From the NCBI GenBank assembly GCA_040767225.1, contig JAXGOY010000004.1:6180-70179 (forward strand): a stretch of DNA of 64,000 nt, in the 5' to 3' direction. A program made the position numbers and the translations under genes. Of the stretch, positions 40,399 through 50,384 are shown piece after piece. Every line of letters starts with the position of its first letter. Within the stretch, counting starts at the first letter, position 1. This stretch comes from Candidatus Dojkabacteria bacterium (GTDB taxonomy: Bacteria; Patescibacteriota; Dojkabacteria; SC72). Under the pieces are notes generated by a model, which worked only from the letters and a program-made list of their open reading frames with translations, made no database searches and was not told the origin of the DNA.

Positions 40399-41565
40399 AT
40401 TACCCTGTACTTCTATATACTCATTTAATTCCCCAAAATGATTGAAGTAAAGGTCTTGCCTTAGGTTATATGAATTACTCCATTTTAGATGTCCAAATGT
40501 AGAATTTATACTATTACAAATTGTTGTGATTTCTTCTTCAGTTGGAGGTGAGTGTATTTCAACTGCCTCCTCTTTACACATAGATCTATCTATTAGAAAT
40601 CCTTTGTTAAAATAGTGTAGTTTTCTTTTTAGATTATGGACTGTACGGTTTCGAGCTAGTATATAGTTTGGTCTGACTATATAGCCAATAAAATCTATGC
40701 CTTGATATACACTCCCATAGGTGGTCTTTTCTGACTTTATTTTAAGTAACAACTCTTTTTCAAGGAATTCTGTAACAGCTTTTTCAATTTCTTCTAATTC
40801 TTTTATATCTTTTGAGAGAAACAGTAGGTCATCTGCATATCTTAGATAGTATTTAATTTTTAATTCTCTTTTGACAAATTGATCTAACTCGTTTAGGTAT
40901 AAATTAGCAAAAAATTGTGATGTTAAGTTCCCAATTGGTAGTCCTTTATTTTCATCTGTGGTAAAAAGACTCTTGTTGGGAGGGAGCTTCTGTATTAGCT
41001 GTAAATCTCCTTTAGGTATATATTTTGTACAAGGATTATGAAGAATTATCTGCTTTGAGAGTTTTAATAATTCCCTTTTCTGTTCTTGGTCATATGGAAG
41101 TTTGTATATGCTGTCAGATAGGATGTCCAGTAATTTTGATTTGTCTATACTGTAGAAGAAACTACTTATATCTAATTTTAGGTAGTAAGAATTAGATTTT
41201 TTATTGTTTGTAACTTTATTTAGAAAGTATTGCAATCGTTTGACTCCACATATGACTCCATGCTCTTTTCTACAGGCAAATGAGTCGTAGATAAAGGTTT
41301 TATCGATTGGGGGTTCGATATAGCTAATTAAGAGATGATGTACAACTCTATCTATGAAGTTAGCAGCAAAGATTTCTCTAGTGGAGGGGTATGTTATGAT
41401 AAAGCATATGGAGTTACCAATCGTATAGGAATTATTCTTAAGTTCTTTTTGTAAACTTACCAAGTTATATTCAAGATGATTTTCAAATAGAAGTTGGTAT
41501 GTGCTATTCCTTTTTCCTTTTCTACATGAGTAGTATGCAGAGATAATGGATTCTAAATCAAACAT
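40363..41565 (-). CDS. DGR reverse transcriptase
   Basis: RT motifs: LKLDISSFFYSID (RT3), GLPIGNLTSQFFANLYLNELD (RT4 with DGR-type SQ in place of group II QG), YLRYADDLLFL (RT5), GIDFIGY (RT7). 400 aa, no maturase or endonuclease domain. Convergent with avd, overlapping it by 36 nt. Confidence 0.85.
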   Translation of the reverse strand: MFDLESIISAYYSCRKGKRNSTYQLLFENHLEYNLVSLQKELKNNSYTIGNSICFIITYPSTREIFAANFIDRVVHHLLISYIEPPIDKTFIYDSFACRKEHGVICGVKRLQYFLNKVTNNKKSNSYYLKLDISSFFYSIDKSKLLDILSDSIYKLPYDQEQKRELLKLSKQIILHNPCTKYIPKGDLQLIQKLPPNKSLFTTDENKGLPIGNLTSQFFANLYLNELDQFVKRELKIKYYLRYADDLLFLSKDIKELEEIEKAVTEFLEKELLLKIKSEKTTYGSVYQGIDFIGYIVRPNYILARNRTVHNLKRKLHYFNKGFLIDRSMCKEEAVEIHSPPTEEEITTICNSINSTFGHLKWSNSYNLRQDLYFNHFGELNEYIEVQGNLESFRPRKPSF

Positions 41566-41949
41566 TGTTTTGTGTATTATTCATTATGCTGTTAATCGTG
41601 GGGTATTTGGTCGAGCCTTCAATCCCACAGAGTTGGTATTTACACTATACCATTAACAACTATTGTTCCTTAGGTTAAATGAGTCTCCTTTCTTATTACA
41701 AATTTATGATGAATTGTACATTGCTACTAGATAAATTAATGTTAAAATGAATAATAGCTATGTAATATATTTCCAATATTGATATTATGTTTCTCTAAAT
41801 ATCTCTTTTAAGGCACCATCTACATACATCTTTAATTCTTTCATATCCTACTTTGTGTTCCTCAAAGGTCGGGAGTCCTTTTTCTTTTACCCATCTTTTA
41901 TTCTCATCCAATATAAAGCAAACGATAAGAATTAATTGAAATTTGATAT

Positions 41950-42310
41950 ACTAGAGATTTGAAAATAGTAGAAAACAAAATTAGCATTCAAGAATTAAAA
42001 GAGATGGCGTCTAAGATGTTTGGTAGTCTTGTTTTAGATAGAGAAGAGAGAATAGAGTTTGACTCAATGATTAATCTAAGACCATAGAACTTTTTGATTT
42101 ATCTAAAGAATCAAAATTAACATCTTCACAGTATAGAGAATTAACTAGAAGTAGGGAGATATGGGGAGATTATTTTAAATATGATAATCAATATTCATCC
42201 ACAGCTCAGTCTATGAATAACTACTTTATGTATTTAACTATTGCTTACAAAAACAGTGGGAAGGAATCCCCTATTATTTGTTTAAGAAATTCATTTGTAT
42301 GTATTTCCTA
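41950..42310 (+). pseudogene. Decayed copy of the two-gene cassette found intact at 48089-48745
   Basis: Translates to KIVENKISIQELKEMASKMFGSLVLD...REERIEFDSMINLRP* ... ELFDLSKESKLTSSQYRELTRSREIWGDYFKYDNQYSST, collinear with 48089-48430 and 48437-48745 but with internal deletions and stops. Confidence 0.6.
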
Positions 42311-42379
42311 AATACAGTTTATACACCTACACGCAAGTTGTTGAATTTAGAACGAATTTTATGATATCCTTTTATAACT

Positions 42380-45300
42380 ATGAAGGATACTGTCCATATA
42401 AGGATACCAATATTAATATTGTTTGTTGTTGTAATAGGCATTACATTTGTATTATTAATAACTAATGTATTTGCTTTAAATAATACATCTGTTTTAGGAA
42501 GTGCTACTGTAATAAATACACAGAATAAAATATTCTTTACGTCTCAAACATATGGTGCAAATGTAGTAATATCAGATCCTGATCCTGAGAATAATAATAA
42601 AAGAACAATATCTGGATATGCATGGTCTCAAGATATAGGATGGATAAAATTTACACAGGGAGAAACAGATGGAGTGTTTGTTGAGTATGATACAGGAAAA
42701 GTTTCAGGTTCTGCATATGTAATAAATACTGGAAATAGAATAGAGTTTAGCTCAAATAATGCTAATGTGGTAGTTAATACAGAAACAGGAAAGTTTACAG
42801 GATATGCATGGTCTAAGGATATAGGGTGGATAGATTTCGGAGTTAATAATGTGTATGTAAAAGATAGTACTCCTCCGAATAATCCTACAGAGGCAAAGGC
42901 ATATACAGACGGGAGTAGAGAAAAAGAGATACCAGTATCTGCTGATAAATTTTTTAGTTTTACATCAATACATTTGTATTGGGATAAGCCTCAAGACCCT
43001 AGTGGAGAATCTCATGGATATAGTGCAAGTGGGATATCTGGCTATTATGTATATTGGGGAGTAAGCAGTACTGCAATACCATCTTCTTCTGGCAGTTTTA
43101 TTACTGACAACTTTGTTGATGTAGATATTCCTTCTAGTGGAACATACTACTTAAATGTTCAGGCAGTTGATAATCAAGGGAATATGTATACCAACACTGA
43201 TCAGGACTATACAATATTAGAGTATAATGCTGACTTGGTTTCTCCTACTAATGTTAAGTATATAACTACACCTGGGGGTAATTTCGGAAATATTGATGAT
43301 ATGTTTTTTAGCTGGCCAAGCTCTGCTGGTGTTACAAGTGAAGATGAAAATGGTATATTAGGTTGGCAGTATAGTTTAAATGGGGTTAATAACTGGACAG
43401 GACCAGTACACGATGATTGGCTTAATCTAGATTATATCCCATACAAAGATTCTACATATATTCATTATTTTTCTAATGAGAAGGACGGGGAGAAAATAGT
43501 AGTAGGTAATAATATTATATATTTTAGAACAATAGATAAAGCAGGAAATACAAGCGGATATATTAGTGGAGGTATATCCTATGGAGGTCTTGCTCCTATA
43601 TTTGAAGAGGATGCACAGGTAATTATTACTCCTTCTGAGAATACATCGAATGAGTTTGCACTATCATGGTCTCCTGCTATTCCATTTGAAGGGAGAGTGA
43701 TTGCTTCTTACTATTATATGGTAAACTCTCCTCCTCCTGCTACATATGAGACATTAATAAGTAACTCTTCATTGTATATTCCAGTGCAGGGTACTTCTGT
43801 GTCAAAGAGAATGCTTCCTGGTGCAATTAAAGGTGAAAATATAGTATATGTTATTGCTGTTGATAATGAAAATGGATACTCTCCTAGTAATTATATTCAA
43901 GCGAAGTTTACATTAAATAGTACTTTACCTGACCCTGTAACTGATTTGAGTATAGCGGACACATCAATTAAAGATGCTAAACTGTGGAGAGCAAGTATTA
44001 CATGGAATGAGCCTGTGTATAAAGGGGATGGGAAGCTTACATATATTGTTCAGAGAAGTTTTAATGGAGTTGATTGGACAACTGTTGGAAGCACCACAGG
44101 TATTACATATTCAGATATTGTTCCTTCAAGCAGACTTTATTACTATCGGGTAGGTGTAATGGATGGAACAGATCAGAGTAAAGAGAAGCCTACTTTTTCA
44201 ATATCTCTTTCTGCAATGATAGAGGGAAGATATACACAGCCTGCGAAATTAGTTTCTGAGGTTGAAATTGTAAACTTAGGAACAAGAAAAGCAACAATAG
44301 TATGGGTAACTGAAAGAAATAGTGATACAAAAGTTGCATATGGTTTAACAAGCGGGGAGTATTTTGAAGAGGAAGCATACAACTCTAAACAGGTAACTGA
44401 GCATGAAATTACATTAAATAATCTTCAGCCAGAAACAACATACTACTTTAAGGCTAAGTGGAGTGATTCTGATGGAAATACTGGAGAAAGTCAGGAGATA
44501 TCTCTTAGAACTGCAGATTCTCCTCAGGTATACTCCAGTAAGGTTGATATGGTTGGTTTAAACTATGCAGTTATTTCTTTTGAGGTATTTGGTGCTACAA
44601 AAGCTTCCGTTATATATGGAAGGTCTTTTGCATATACTGCGCAAAAAGAGATAAATACATCACCTACAAGAAGCAAGTACTCTGTTGTTTTAGATGGTTT
44701 AGATGATGGGGTGCAATATAGTTATAAGATAAGGCTGACAGATGCTGATGGATACATATATGATTCTATTGAAAACAATACATTTACTACACCCCCTAAA
44801 CCTAAGATATCAAATGTAAGAGTACAGGAGATACGAGATGTTGCAAGTCCTACCGTAGTATTTAGCTGGGATACTAATACACATACCAATTCTATTGTAA
44901 GATACAGAGAAGATGTTGAAGGATCAAGGGAAATTGATAAAGTGGATATGAAGATGGTAAAGGGAGAACATAAAATGGAGATATCTGGTTTAGTACCAAC
45001 AACCAACTATATAGCATATGTTGAAGGAGTTGATGATTATGGGAATAAGGCTGTATCTGAAACAGTAAGATTTACTACTCAAACTGATACTAGACCTCCA
45101 AAGATATTTAATGTTAAAGTTGAACAGGATCTTTTGGGTAGGTCAATTCAAACAGATAGAAGCAGGAGTGCTCAATTGATAGTAAGCTGGGAAACTGATG
45201 AGCCTGCTACAAGCAAGGTAAACTTTGGTGAGGGCGGTGCAGGTGTATATACATCTAGTTCTAGAATGGATCAGGAACAAAGAACAGATCATTTGGTTAT

Positions 45301-45469
45301 AGTCTCAGGCTTAACTCCATCTAAGGTGTATAGTTTAGAAATTGAATCTGGTGATGATTCAGGCAATATCAGTAAATATGGTCCTCTTGTTTCAATTACT
45401 CAAAAATCATCTAATACTGTTTTAGAAACAATATTGAACTCTATCTCTAATATATTTAACATATTCTAA
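42380..45469 (+). CDS. Very large secreted/anchored protein with multiple fibronectin-III-like domains
   Basis: 1029 aa; N-terminal TM/signal IPILILFVVVIGITFVLLI; several FN3-like units (YYYRVGVMDGTDQS, TTYYFKAKWSDSDGNTGES). Confidence 0.75.
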   Translation: MKDTVHIRIPILILFVVVIGITFVLLITNVFALNNTSVLGSATVINTQNKIFFTSQTYGANVVISDPDPENNNKRTISGYAWSQDIGWIKFTQGETDGVFVEYDTGKVSGSAYVINTGNRIEFSSNNANVVVNTETGKFTGYAWSKDIGWIDFGVNNVYVKDSTPPNNPTEAKAYTDGSREKEIPVSADKFFSFTSIHLYWDKPQDPSGESHGYSASGISGYYVYWGVSSTAIPSSSGSFITDNFVDVDIPSSGTYYLNVQAVDNQGNMYTNTDQDYTILEYNADLVSPTNVKYITTPGGNFGNIDDMFFSWPSSAGVTSEDENGILGWQYSLNGVNNWTGPVHDDWLNLDYIPYKDSTYIHYFSNEKDGEKIVVGNNIIYFRTIDKAGNTSGYISGGISYGGLAPIFEEDAQVIITPSENTSNEFALSWSPAIPFEGRVIASYYYMVNSPPPATYETLISNSSLYIPVQGTSVSKRMLPGAIKGENIVYVIAVDNENGYSPSNYIQAKFTLNSTLPDPVTDLSIADTSIKDAKLWRASITWNEPVYKGDGKLTYIVQRSFNGVDWTTVGSTTGITYSDIVPSSRLYYYRVGVMDGTDQSKEKPTFSISLSAMIEGRYTQPAKLVSEVEIVNLGTRKATIVWVTERNSDTKVAYGLTSGEYFEEEAYNSKQVTEHEITLNNLQPETTYYFKAKWSDSDGNTGESQEISLRTADSPQVYSSKVDMVGLNYAVISFEVFGATKASVIYGRSFAYTAQKEINTSPTRSKYSVVLDGLDDGVQYSYKIRLTDADGYIYDSIENNTFTTPPKPKISNVRVQEIRDVASPTVVFSWDTNTHTNSIVRYREDVEGSREIDKVDMKMVKGEHKMEISGLVPTTNYIAYVEGVDDYGNKAVSETVRFTTQTDTRPPKIFNVKVEQDLLGRSIQTDRSRSAQLIVSWETDEPATSKVNFGEGGAGVYTSSSRMDQEQRTDHLVIVSGLTPSKVYSLEIESGDDSGNISKYGPLVSITQKSSNTVLETILNSISNIFNIF

Positions 45470-47616
45470 TGACTCAAAGAAAAGTAATTGAAGTTAAAGG
45501 GATAAATAAAAGTTTCTCACTGGGAAAAAGAGAAAACAAAGTATTAAAAGATGTATCACTTGATATTTACTCTGGCCAGTTAACCTGTATCTTTGGCCCT
45601 TCTGGATGTGGTAAATCCACACTACTAAATGTAGTAATGGGACTTGAACGACCTGATAGTGGTAATGTTAGAGTTTTGAGTGAGAATATCTGGGATATTG
45701 ATATTAATGAACAGACAGATTTTAGAAAAAGGCATATTGGAGTAGTATATCAGCAACAGATTTGGATTAGGTCTTTAAGTGTAATTGAAAATGTTGCTCT
45801 TCCTGCACAGCTACTGGGAATGAACAAAAGTGATGCATTAAATCGTGCAGAGAAGGTCTTACAAGATGTGGGGATGTTAAAATTTAGAGATTTCTACACA
45901 TCTGAGCTTTCATCTGGTGAGCAGCAAAAAGTTGGTTTGGCTAGAGCATTAATTACTGACCCTGAAATAGTTATCGCTGACGAGCCTACTGGTAATCTTG
46001 ATACTAAGAATGGGTATGAAGTATTAAAGATATTGAAAAACCTAGCAGGGAGGGGAGTAACAGTTGTTTTGGTTACACATAATCCTGAGTATTTAGAATA
46101 CTGTGATACTGTTGTAGTAATGAAAGATGGCTCGGTAATGGATGCACTGAAGGGGGGGAAGGAAATTTTAAGTAAGGTACAGGAAAGTTTAAATAGGAAA
46201 GATATAAAAGTGAACAATAATACAACTGAAAATAAGATTAGTAGTGAAAGTAGTGTAGATTCTGAGTATTATCCAAAGGAATCATTCTTTGAGAAGTTGG
46301 GAGGATATACTAAATTAATAGTTAGCTTTTTTACTAAGTCATTATCATTATTTGTATTATCTCTTGTAAGAAAAATTAATATTAATGGAGCTGCACAGTT
46401 AAGAAGGAGTATGACAAAATCTAATAATGGAGATATGTCATTGCTTGATTTAACAGAGCTGTCTTTTAAGAATGTCTTTTTTAAGAGGTTTAGAACTTTA
46501 ATTACAATACTTGGTGTTGGCTTAGGAGTAGGTTTTGTTGTACTACTTGTTTCAATAGGGTATGGGTTAGAGGATTTAGTAATTGAGGAGGTTACTAAAG
46601 CTCAAAACCTTAATCAAGTTGATGTTTTCCCTAAAGTAGGTAGTCAATTAAAATTAGATGATGAATTAATTAAGAAAGTTTCTGCAATATCAGGTATTAG
46701 TAAAATATATAGAATAAAGAATTTTCCTGGGAGAATTGATTACAAAGGATCTACTGTTGATGTCGTTGTGTATGGAGTAGAGAGTGGATATCTTGAGAAT
46801 TCTCCCGTTAAAAAGGTTACTGGAGAGTTCTTAAATGGGGAGTCAGACAAATTCTCTGCTATAATTAACTCTGAATATTTAAAGACACTTGGACTAGGTA
46901 CAGACATTATTGGGGAGACCCTAAATTTAAATGTTATACAATCTGTACCTGAAAGTGAATCAGAGCCTAAAAACATTCCTGTAACAATCGCAGGAGTTGT
47001 TGAAGATGATTCTCCTCCTGTTATATATCTTAAAATAGATTCTGTGAGGGAGTATACAGAGGATGAGTATTCTGCACTTTCGATTATAATTAATAAGGAA
47101 TCATCCCTTGATTTTGTCAGAAAACAGATAGAGTCTTTGGGGCTTGAGACATTTTCAATAATGGATACTGTTAATCAGGTTCAACAGATATTTACATATG
47201 TAAGATATGGTCTTTTGGCATTTGGTATTCTAGCATTTGCAATAGCTTTTCTTGGAATGATTAATACATTAACTGTATCACTGCTTGAAAGAACAAGGGA
47301 GGTTGGTTTAATGAAGATTATAGGGATGAAGAAGAATGATATACAGTTTCTTTTCATTACTGAATCCATGTTTATTGGTCTGTTAGGAGGAATTTTTGGA
47401 ATACTGTTTGGAATACTTGGAGGATATCTAGTATCACTTGCTGTGTATCTTTTGTCTTCATCTCGTGGAGTTGAGTTTATGGTAATTACTTCTTTCCCAT
47501 TTGTTACTGCACTGATTGTGATATTAGTAACAACTCTCCTATCATTCTTTACTGGGTTGTATCCTGCAAATAGAGCTGTTAAAATTCCTACTATGGATGC
47601 TGTAAGATATGAGTAA
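45469..47616 (+). CDS. MacB-type ABC transporter, fused ATPase + FtsX permease
   Basis: Walker [13 protein letters not shown], signature [16 protein letters not shown]-terminal four-TM FtsX-like domain. Start overlaps the upstream stop (TAATG). Confidence 0.85.
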   Translation: MTQRKVIEVKGINKSFSLGKRENKVLKDVSLDIYSGQLTCIFGPSGCGKSTLLNVVMGLERPDSGNVRVLSENIWDIDINEQTDFRKRHIGVVYQQQIWIRSLSVIENVALPAQLLGMNKSDALNRAEKVLQDVGMLKFRDFYTSELSSGEQQKVGLARALITDPEIVIADEPTGNLDTKNGYEVLKILKNLAGRGVTVVLVTHNPEYLEYCDTVVVMKDGSVMDALKGGKEILSKVQESLNRKDIKVNNNTTENKISSESSVDSEYYPKESFFEKLGGYTKLIVSFFTKSLSLFVLSLVRKININGAAQLRRSMTKSNNGDMSLLDLTELSFKNVFFKRFRTLITILGVGLGVGFVVLLVSIGYGLEDLVIEEVTKAQNLNQVDVFPKVGSQLKLDDELIKKVSAISGISKIYRIKNFPGRIDYKGSTVDVVVYGVESGYLENSPVKKVTGEFLNGESDKFSAIINSEYLKTLGLGTDIIGETLNLNVIQSVPESESEPKNIPVTIAGVVEDDSPPVIYLKIDSVREYTEDEYSALSIIINKESSLDFVRKQIESLGLETFSIMDTVNQVQQIFTYVRYGLLAFGILAFAIAFLGMINTLTVSLLERTREVGLMKIIGMKKNDIQFLFITESMFIGLLGGIFGILFGILGGYLVSLAVYLLSSSRGVEFMVITSFPFVTALIVILVTTLLSFFTGLYPANRAVKIPTMDAVRYE

Positions 47617-47639
47617 TTAATTTTATATTTTATATTTAT

Positions 47640-47804
47640 ATGCAAAAATATAAATGTACTGTATGTGGGTATATATATGATCCACAAAAGGGAGATCCTG
47701 AATCTGGTATAAAGCCAGGTACTCCTTTTGAAGATATACCTGATAGTTGGTATTGTCCCTTATGTGGTGCAACTAAGAAAGAGTTTGTACCATTAGAGGA
47801 ATAA
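47640..47804 (+). CDS. rub: Rubredoxin
   Basis: 54 aa [49 protein letters not shown] with two CxxCG knuckles. Below the ORF-track length cutoff. Confidence 0.8.
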   Translation: MQKYKCTVCGYIYDPQKGDPESGIKPGTPFEDIPDSWYCPLCGATKKEFVPLEE

Positions 47805-47844
47805 TATATAATATACTTATATTTAATTTGTTTTATTTAAACAT

Positions 47845-48069
47845 ATGAATCCTATTAAAGATACAGTAAAAGATATAACCTCCATGCTTACATTTAATGG
47901 TATAGCATTAATACTTTTTGCAGTACTCATATTTATATTTCCTGATCTTTTAAGTTATTTAGTTGGGGCATTTCTTTGTATTGCAGGTATTAGTTCATTA
48001 CTCTATGGATTTAGAATGAATAAATCATACAAGGATGCAGAAAAGTTCTGGAAGAAGTTTGAAGAGTAA
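47845..48069 (+). CDS. Small membrane protein
   Basis: 74 aa with two hydrophobic helices. Confidence 0.45.
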   Translation: MNPIKDTVKDITSMLTFNGIALILFAVLIFIFPDLLSYLVGAFLCIAGISSLLYGFRMNKSYKDAEKFWKKFEE

Positions 48070-48088
48070 AACTCTGGTATAATTAAGT

Positions 48089-48430
48089 ATGAAAATTGTT
48101 GATAAGGAGATTCACATTGAAGATCTTAAGGAGATGGCATCACAAATGTATGGGAATTTGGTTAAAGCTGTTGTAGATGTTGAAAGAGGGATATTCGTGA
48201 TAGATGGGCAGTTACATTCTGATGAAGAGGCTTATTTACTAGATTTAGGATCAAAGCAGGAAAACCTTTGGGGAATTAATATATATCCAGAGGCTAGTAT
48301 GGAAAGTAGAATAGAGTTTGATTCTATGATAAATGTAAGACCATCACAAGGAAACAACTCAAGGGGTGTAGAAGATCCTAAGATACAGGAAAAGATTTTT
48401 GCGATTGTTAATTCTAAAATAATTGAATAG
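48089..48430 (+). CDS. Small conserved hypothetical protein (DUF5674-like), cassette gene A
   Basis: 113 aa; GSKQENLWGINIYPE motif. A decayed paralog is at 41955. Confidence 0.5.
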   Translation: MKIVDKEIHIEDLKEMASQMYGNLVKAVVDVERGIFVIDGQLHSDEEAYLLDLGSKQENLWGINIYPEASMESRIEFDSMINVRPSQGNNSRGVEDPKIQEKIFAIVNSKIIE

Positions 48431-48436
48431 CTCAAA

Positions 48437-48745
48437 ATGGAATATACAAGCTGGAACAAAAGACCATTTTTAGAGCAAATGGCTAATATTGGGAGTGAGG
48501 TGTATAGAGCTATTAACTGGAGAAAGAAAGGAAATGAAGAATATGCACAATTAGCATTTTTAAGATCCCTTGAGCTTTTTGATTTAACTAAACAGTCAAA
48601 ATTAACATTTTCACAATACAAGGAACTCACAAGAATGAGAGAATTATGGGTTGACTATTTTAAATATGATAATCAATATAATTCAACGGAAAGCTTCTTT
48701 AATAATTACTTTAAATATATAACAATAGCTTGTAGAGGATTATAG
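48437..48745 (+). CDS. Small hypothetical protein, cassette gene B
   Basis: 102 aa, 7 nt downstream of gene A. A decayed paralog is at about 42100-42310. Confidence 0.5.
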   Translation: MEYTSWNKRPFLEQMANIGSEVYRAINWRKKGNEEYAQLAFLRSLELFDLTKQSKLTFSQYKELTRMRELWVDYFKYDNQYNSTESFFNNYFKYITIACRGL

Positions 48746-48755
48746 TAACATTATC

Positions 48756-49553
48756 CTATGGATACATCTTTCTAATTATATCTACATACTGATTAAAATA
48801 TTTTTGTAGACTATTCTTAATCTTTGAGTTAGATATCTTATTCAAATATTTCTTAAGGGTATTTATATCACTAATATTTAGAATCTTCTGTAATACTTTC
48901 ATATCTTCATCCGATATTATTTCTGTATTACCGATTACCTTTGCGATTTCAACACCTTCTTTTAAATATTCTTTTAATGCAGTATCAGCTCTCTGTTTTT
49001 CATATTTAAATAACCCCCTTAAATTATGCAAAGGGACTTTTATCGTATCAGTAGTCTTAAATAATTTGTTTAAATATGTTTCTACCCCAAATCTTGTTTT
49101 TGATATTTCTTCTATATATGGCTCTAAATCTTTTTTAAAGTAAGCTCTTTGGCCTGTTAAATCAGCAACAATATTTCTATTTCCTTTACCTGATATATAT
49201 CCAAGTACAGCTCTATGAGTTCCTTGTAGTAATGGTTTTAGAAGGGAGTGTATATGCTCTTCTGTTAGGTTTATAAGGTCTGCATCAATAAAAAGGAGTA
49301 TGTCTCCTTTAGAATGTTTAATTCCAACTGCTAGTGCATTTCCTTTTCCTTTGTTTTTATCTAAGTTTATTACTTTAACTTTTTTATTATCTTTAAACCT
49401 TTCTAATATTTCTTTTGTGCTGTCAGTAGAGCCATCATTAACACAGATGACTTCATTTATTACTGATGAGGATTGTAATATCGATATTACATTGAATACA
49501 GTTTTTTCTTCATTAAAGGCAGGTACTATTGCTGATACACAGTGTTTTGGCAT
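48756..49553 (-). CDS. Glycosyltransferase family 2
   Basis: SAIVPAFNEEKTV...VICVNDGSTDSTKEIL...LFIDADL (GT-A fold, DxD). Confidence 0.8.
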   Translation of the reverse strand: MPKHCVSAIVPAFNEEKTVFNVISILQSSSVINEVICVNDGSTDSTKEILERFKDNKKVKVINLDKNKGKGNALAVGIKHSKGDILLFIDADLINLTEEHIHSLLKPLLQGTHRAVLGYISGKGNRNIVADLTGQRAYFKKDLEPYIEEISKTRFGVETYLNKLFKTTDTIKVPLHNLRGLFKYEKQRADTALKEYLKEGVEIAKVIGNTEIISDEDMKVLQKILNISDINTLKKYLNKISNSKIKNSLQKYFNQYVDIIRKMYP

Positions 49554-49589
49554 AGTTTTAGTTTATTTAGAGCTAAACACATGATTATA

Positions 49590-50291
49590 TCAAATTCCTA
49601 TCCTTTTCCTTTTAAACTTTCCATTTTCAATATGTACTGCCTCAAATGTTCCATCATACATTAAAACAGCCATGCATACAGTTGCATTAGGAGGTAGCTT
49701 GTCTTTTAATCTGTAATTGAAAGCTACCAACTGTCTTAGGTCTTGTAATGAAAGGTTTAATCCTGCCTCTTTTATTCCGAACTTCTCTTTGAGTTCAGGT
49801 GATGTTTTACCTGCTAACATCTTCTGTTTTTCTTCGTCTTGTATATTAGGATGTGTATGACAGATAATATATGTATCATAATTATTATTTATTCCATTTT
49901 GAATACCCTCTTGTAGTAGTTCAGGATTAATTTCGGCATAGTTATTTTTAAGATACTGTATATTGAATGTAAATTTCATATCTTTAATCATTCCATCTTC
50001 ATCTTTTGAAGAGCCTGTTAAAAGAAATGGATATTCCTTTCCTTTTTCCTTATCTTTTATTATATCCAATAGCTCATTTAATGGTCCCTTCAAGCTTTCA
50101 TTTACAGTAATTGGTGTCTTATCTTCCTCAATTAATTCAAGAGGAATAGGAATATCAAAAAGTGTGTTTGAATCATAAATGTTTTGCTCATTTGAAACTT
50201 CTTTTATAATATCTTCAAGACCACTTTCTTTTGCTGTTTTGAGTGTTTCTTCTGTTGCACTAAATGGTTGTTCCGTTTGTTCTCCAATCAT
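49590..50291 (-). CDS. Hypothetical protein
   Basis: 233 aa ORF. ICHTHP...SLQD is reminiscent of metal-binding motifs but the spacing does not fit JAMM. Confidence 0.45.
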   Translation of the reverse strand: MIGEQTEQPFSATEETLKTAKESGLEDIIKEVSNEQNIYDSNTLFDIPIPLELIEEDKTPITVNESLKGPLNELLDIIKDKEKGKEYPFLLTGSSKDEDGMIKDMKFTFNIQYLKNNYAEINPELLQEGIQNGINNNYDTYIICHTHPNIQDEEKQKMLAGKTSPELKEKFGIKEAGLNLSLQDLRQLVAFNYRLKDKLPPNATVCMAVLMYDGTFEAVHIENGKFKRKRIGI

Positions 50292-50384
50292 ATTTTATTA
50301 TATTGATTGTTTAGTATTATTTAAAGGCATCTTTACTCATTTGAATTATTATATATTTTAATGTAATATTATGTCTTCGCAATT

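Larger units (their letters stand above)
38796..41565 (+). mobile_element. Diversity-generating retroelement (DGR): target-VR, TR, avd, RT
   Basis: A 122 bp VR/TR pair exactly 400 bp apart with 15 mismatches, all A in TR. RT carries the IGNLTSQ motif. A four-helix-bundle Avd-like gene sits between them. Confidence 0.85.

Noticed and set aside
40363-41565. Reverse transcriptase initially read as a group II intron maturase/RT
   Set aside because: Motif 4 is IGNLTSQ (DGR-type) rather than the group II QG form. There is no maturase X or endonuclease domain. I found no domain V-like hairpin (AGC...GAAA...) within 250 nt 3' of the ORF on the minus strand and no GUGYG-type 5' end nearby. The adjacent VR/TR pair with A-specific mismatches explains the RT as a DGR component.
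41780-41945. Minus-strand reading ...LDENKRWVKEKGLPTFEEHKVGYERIKDVCRWCLKRDI* upstream of the RT
   Set aside because: Protein-like, but it has no ATG start, a stop immediately upstream and no recognisable family. It may be a gene remnant. Not called.
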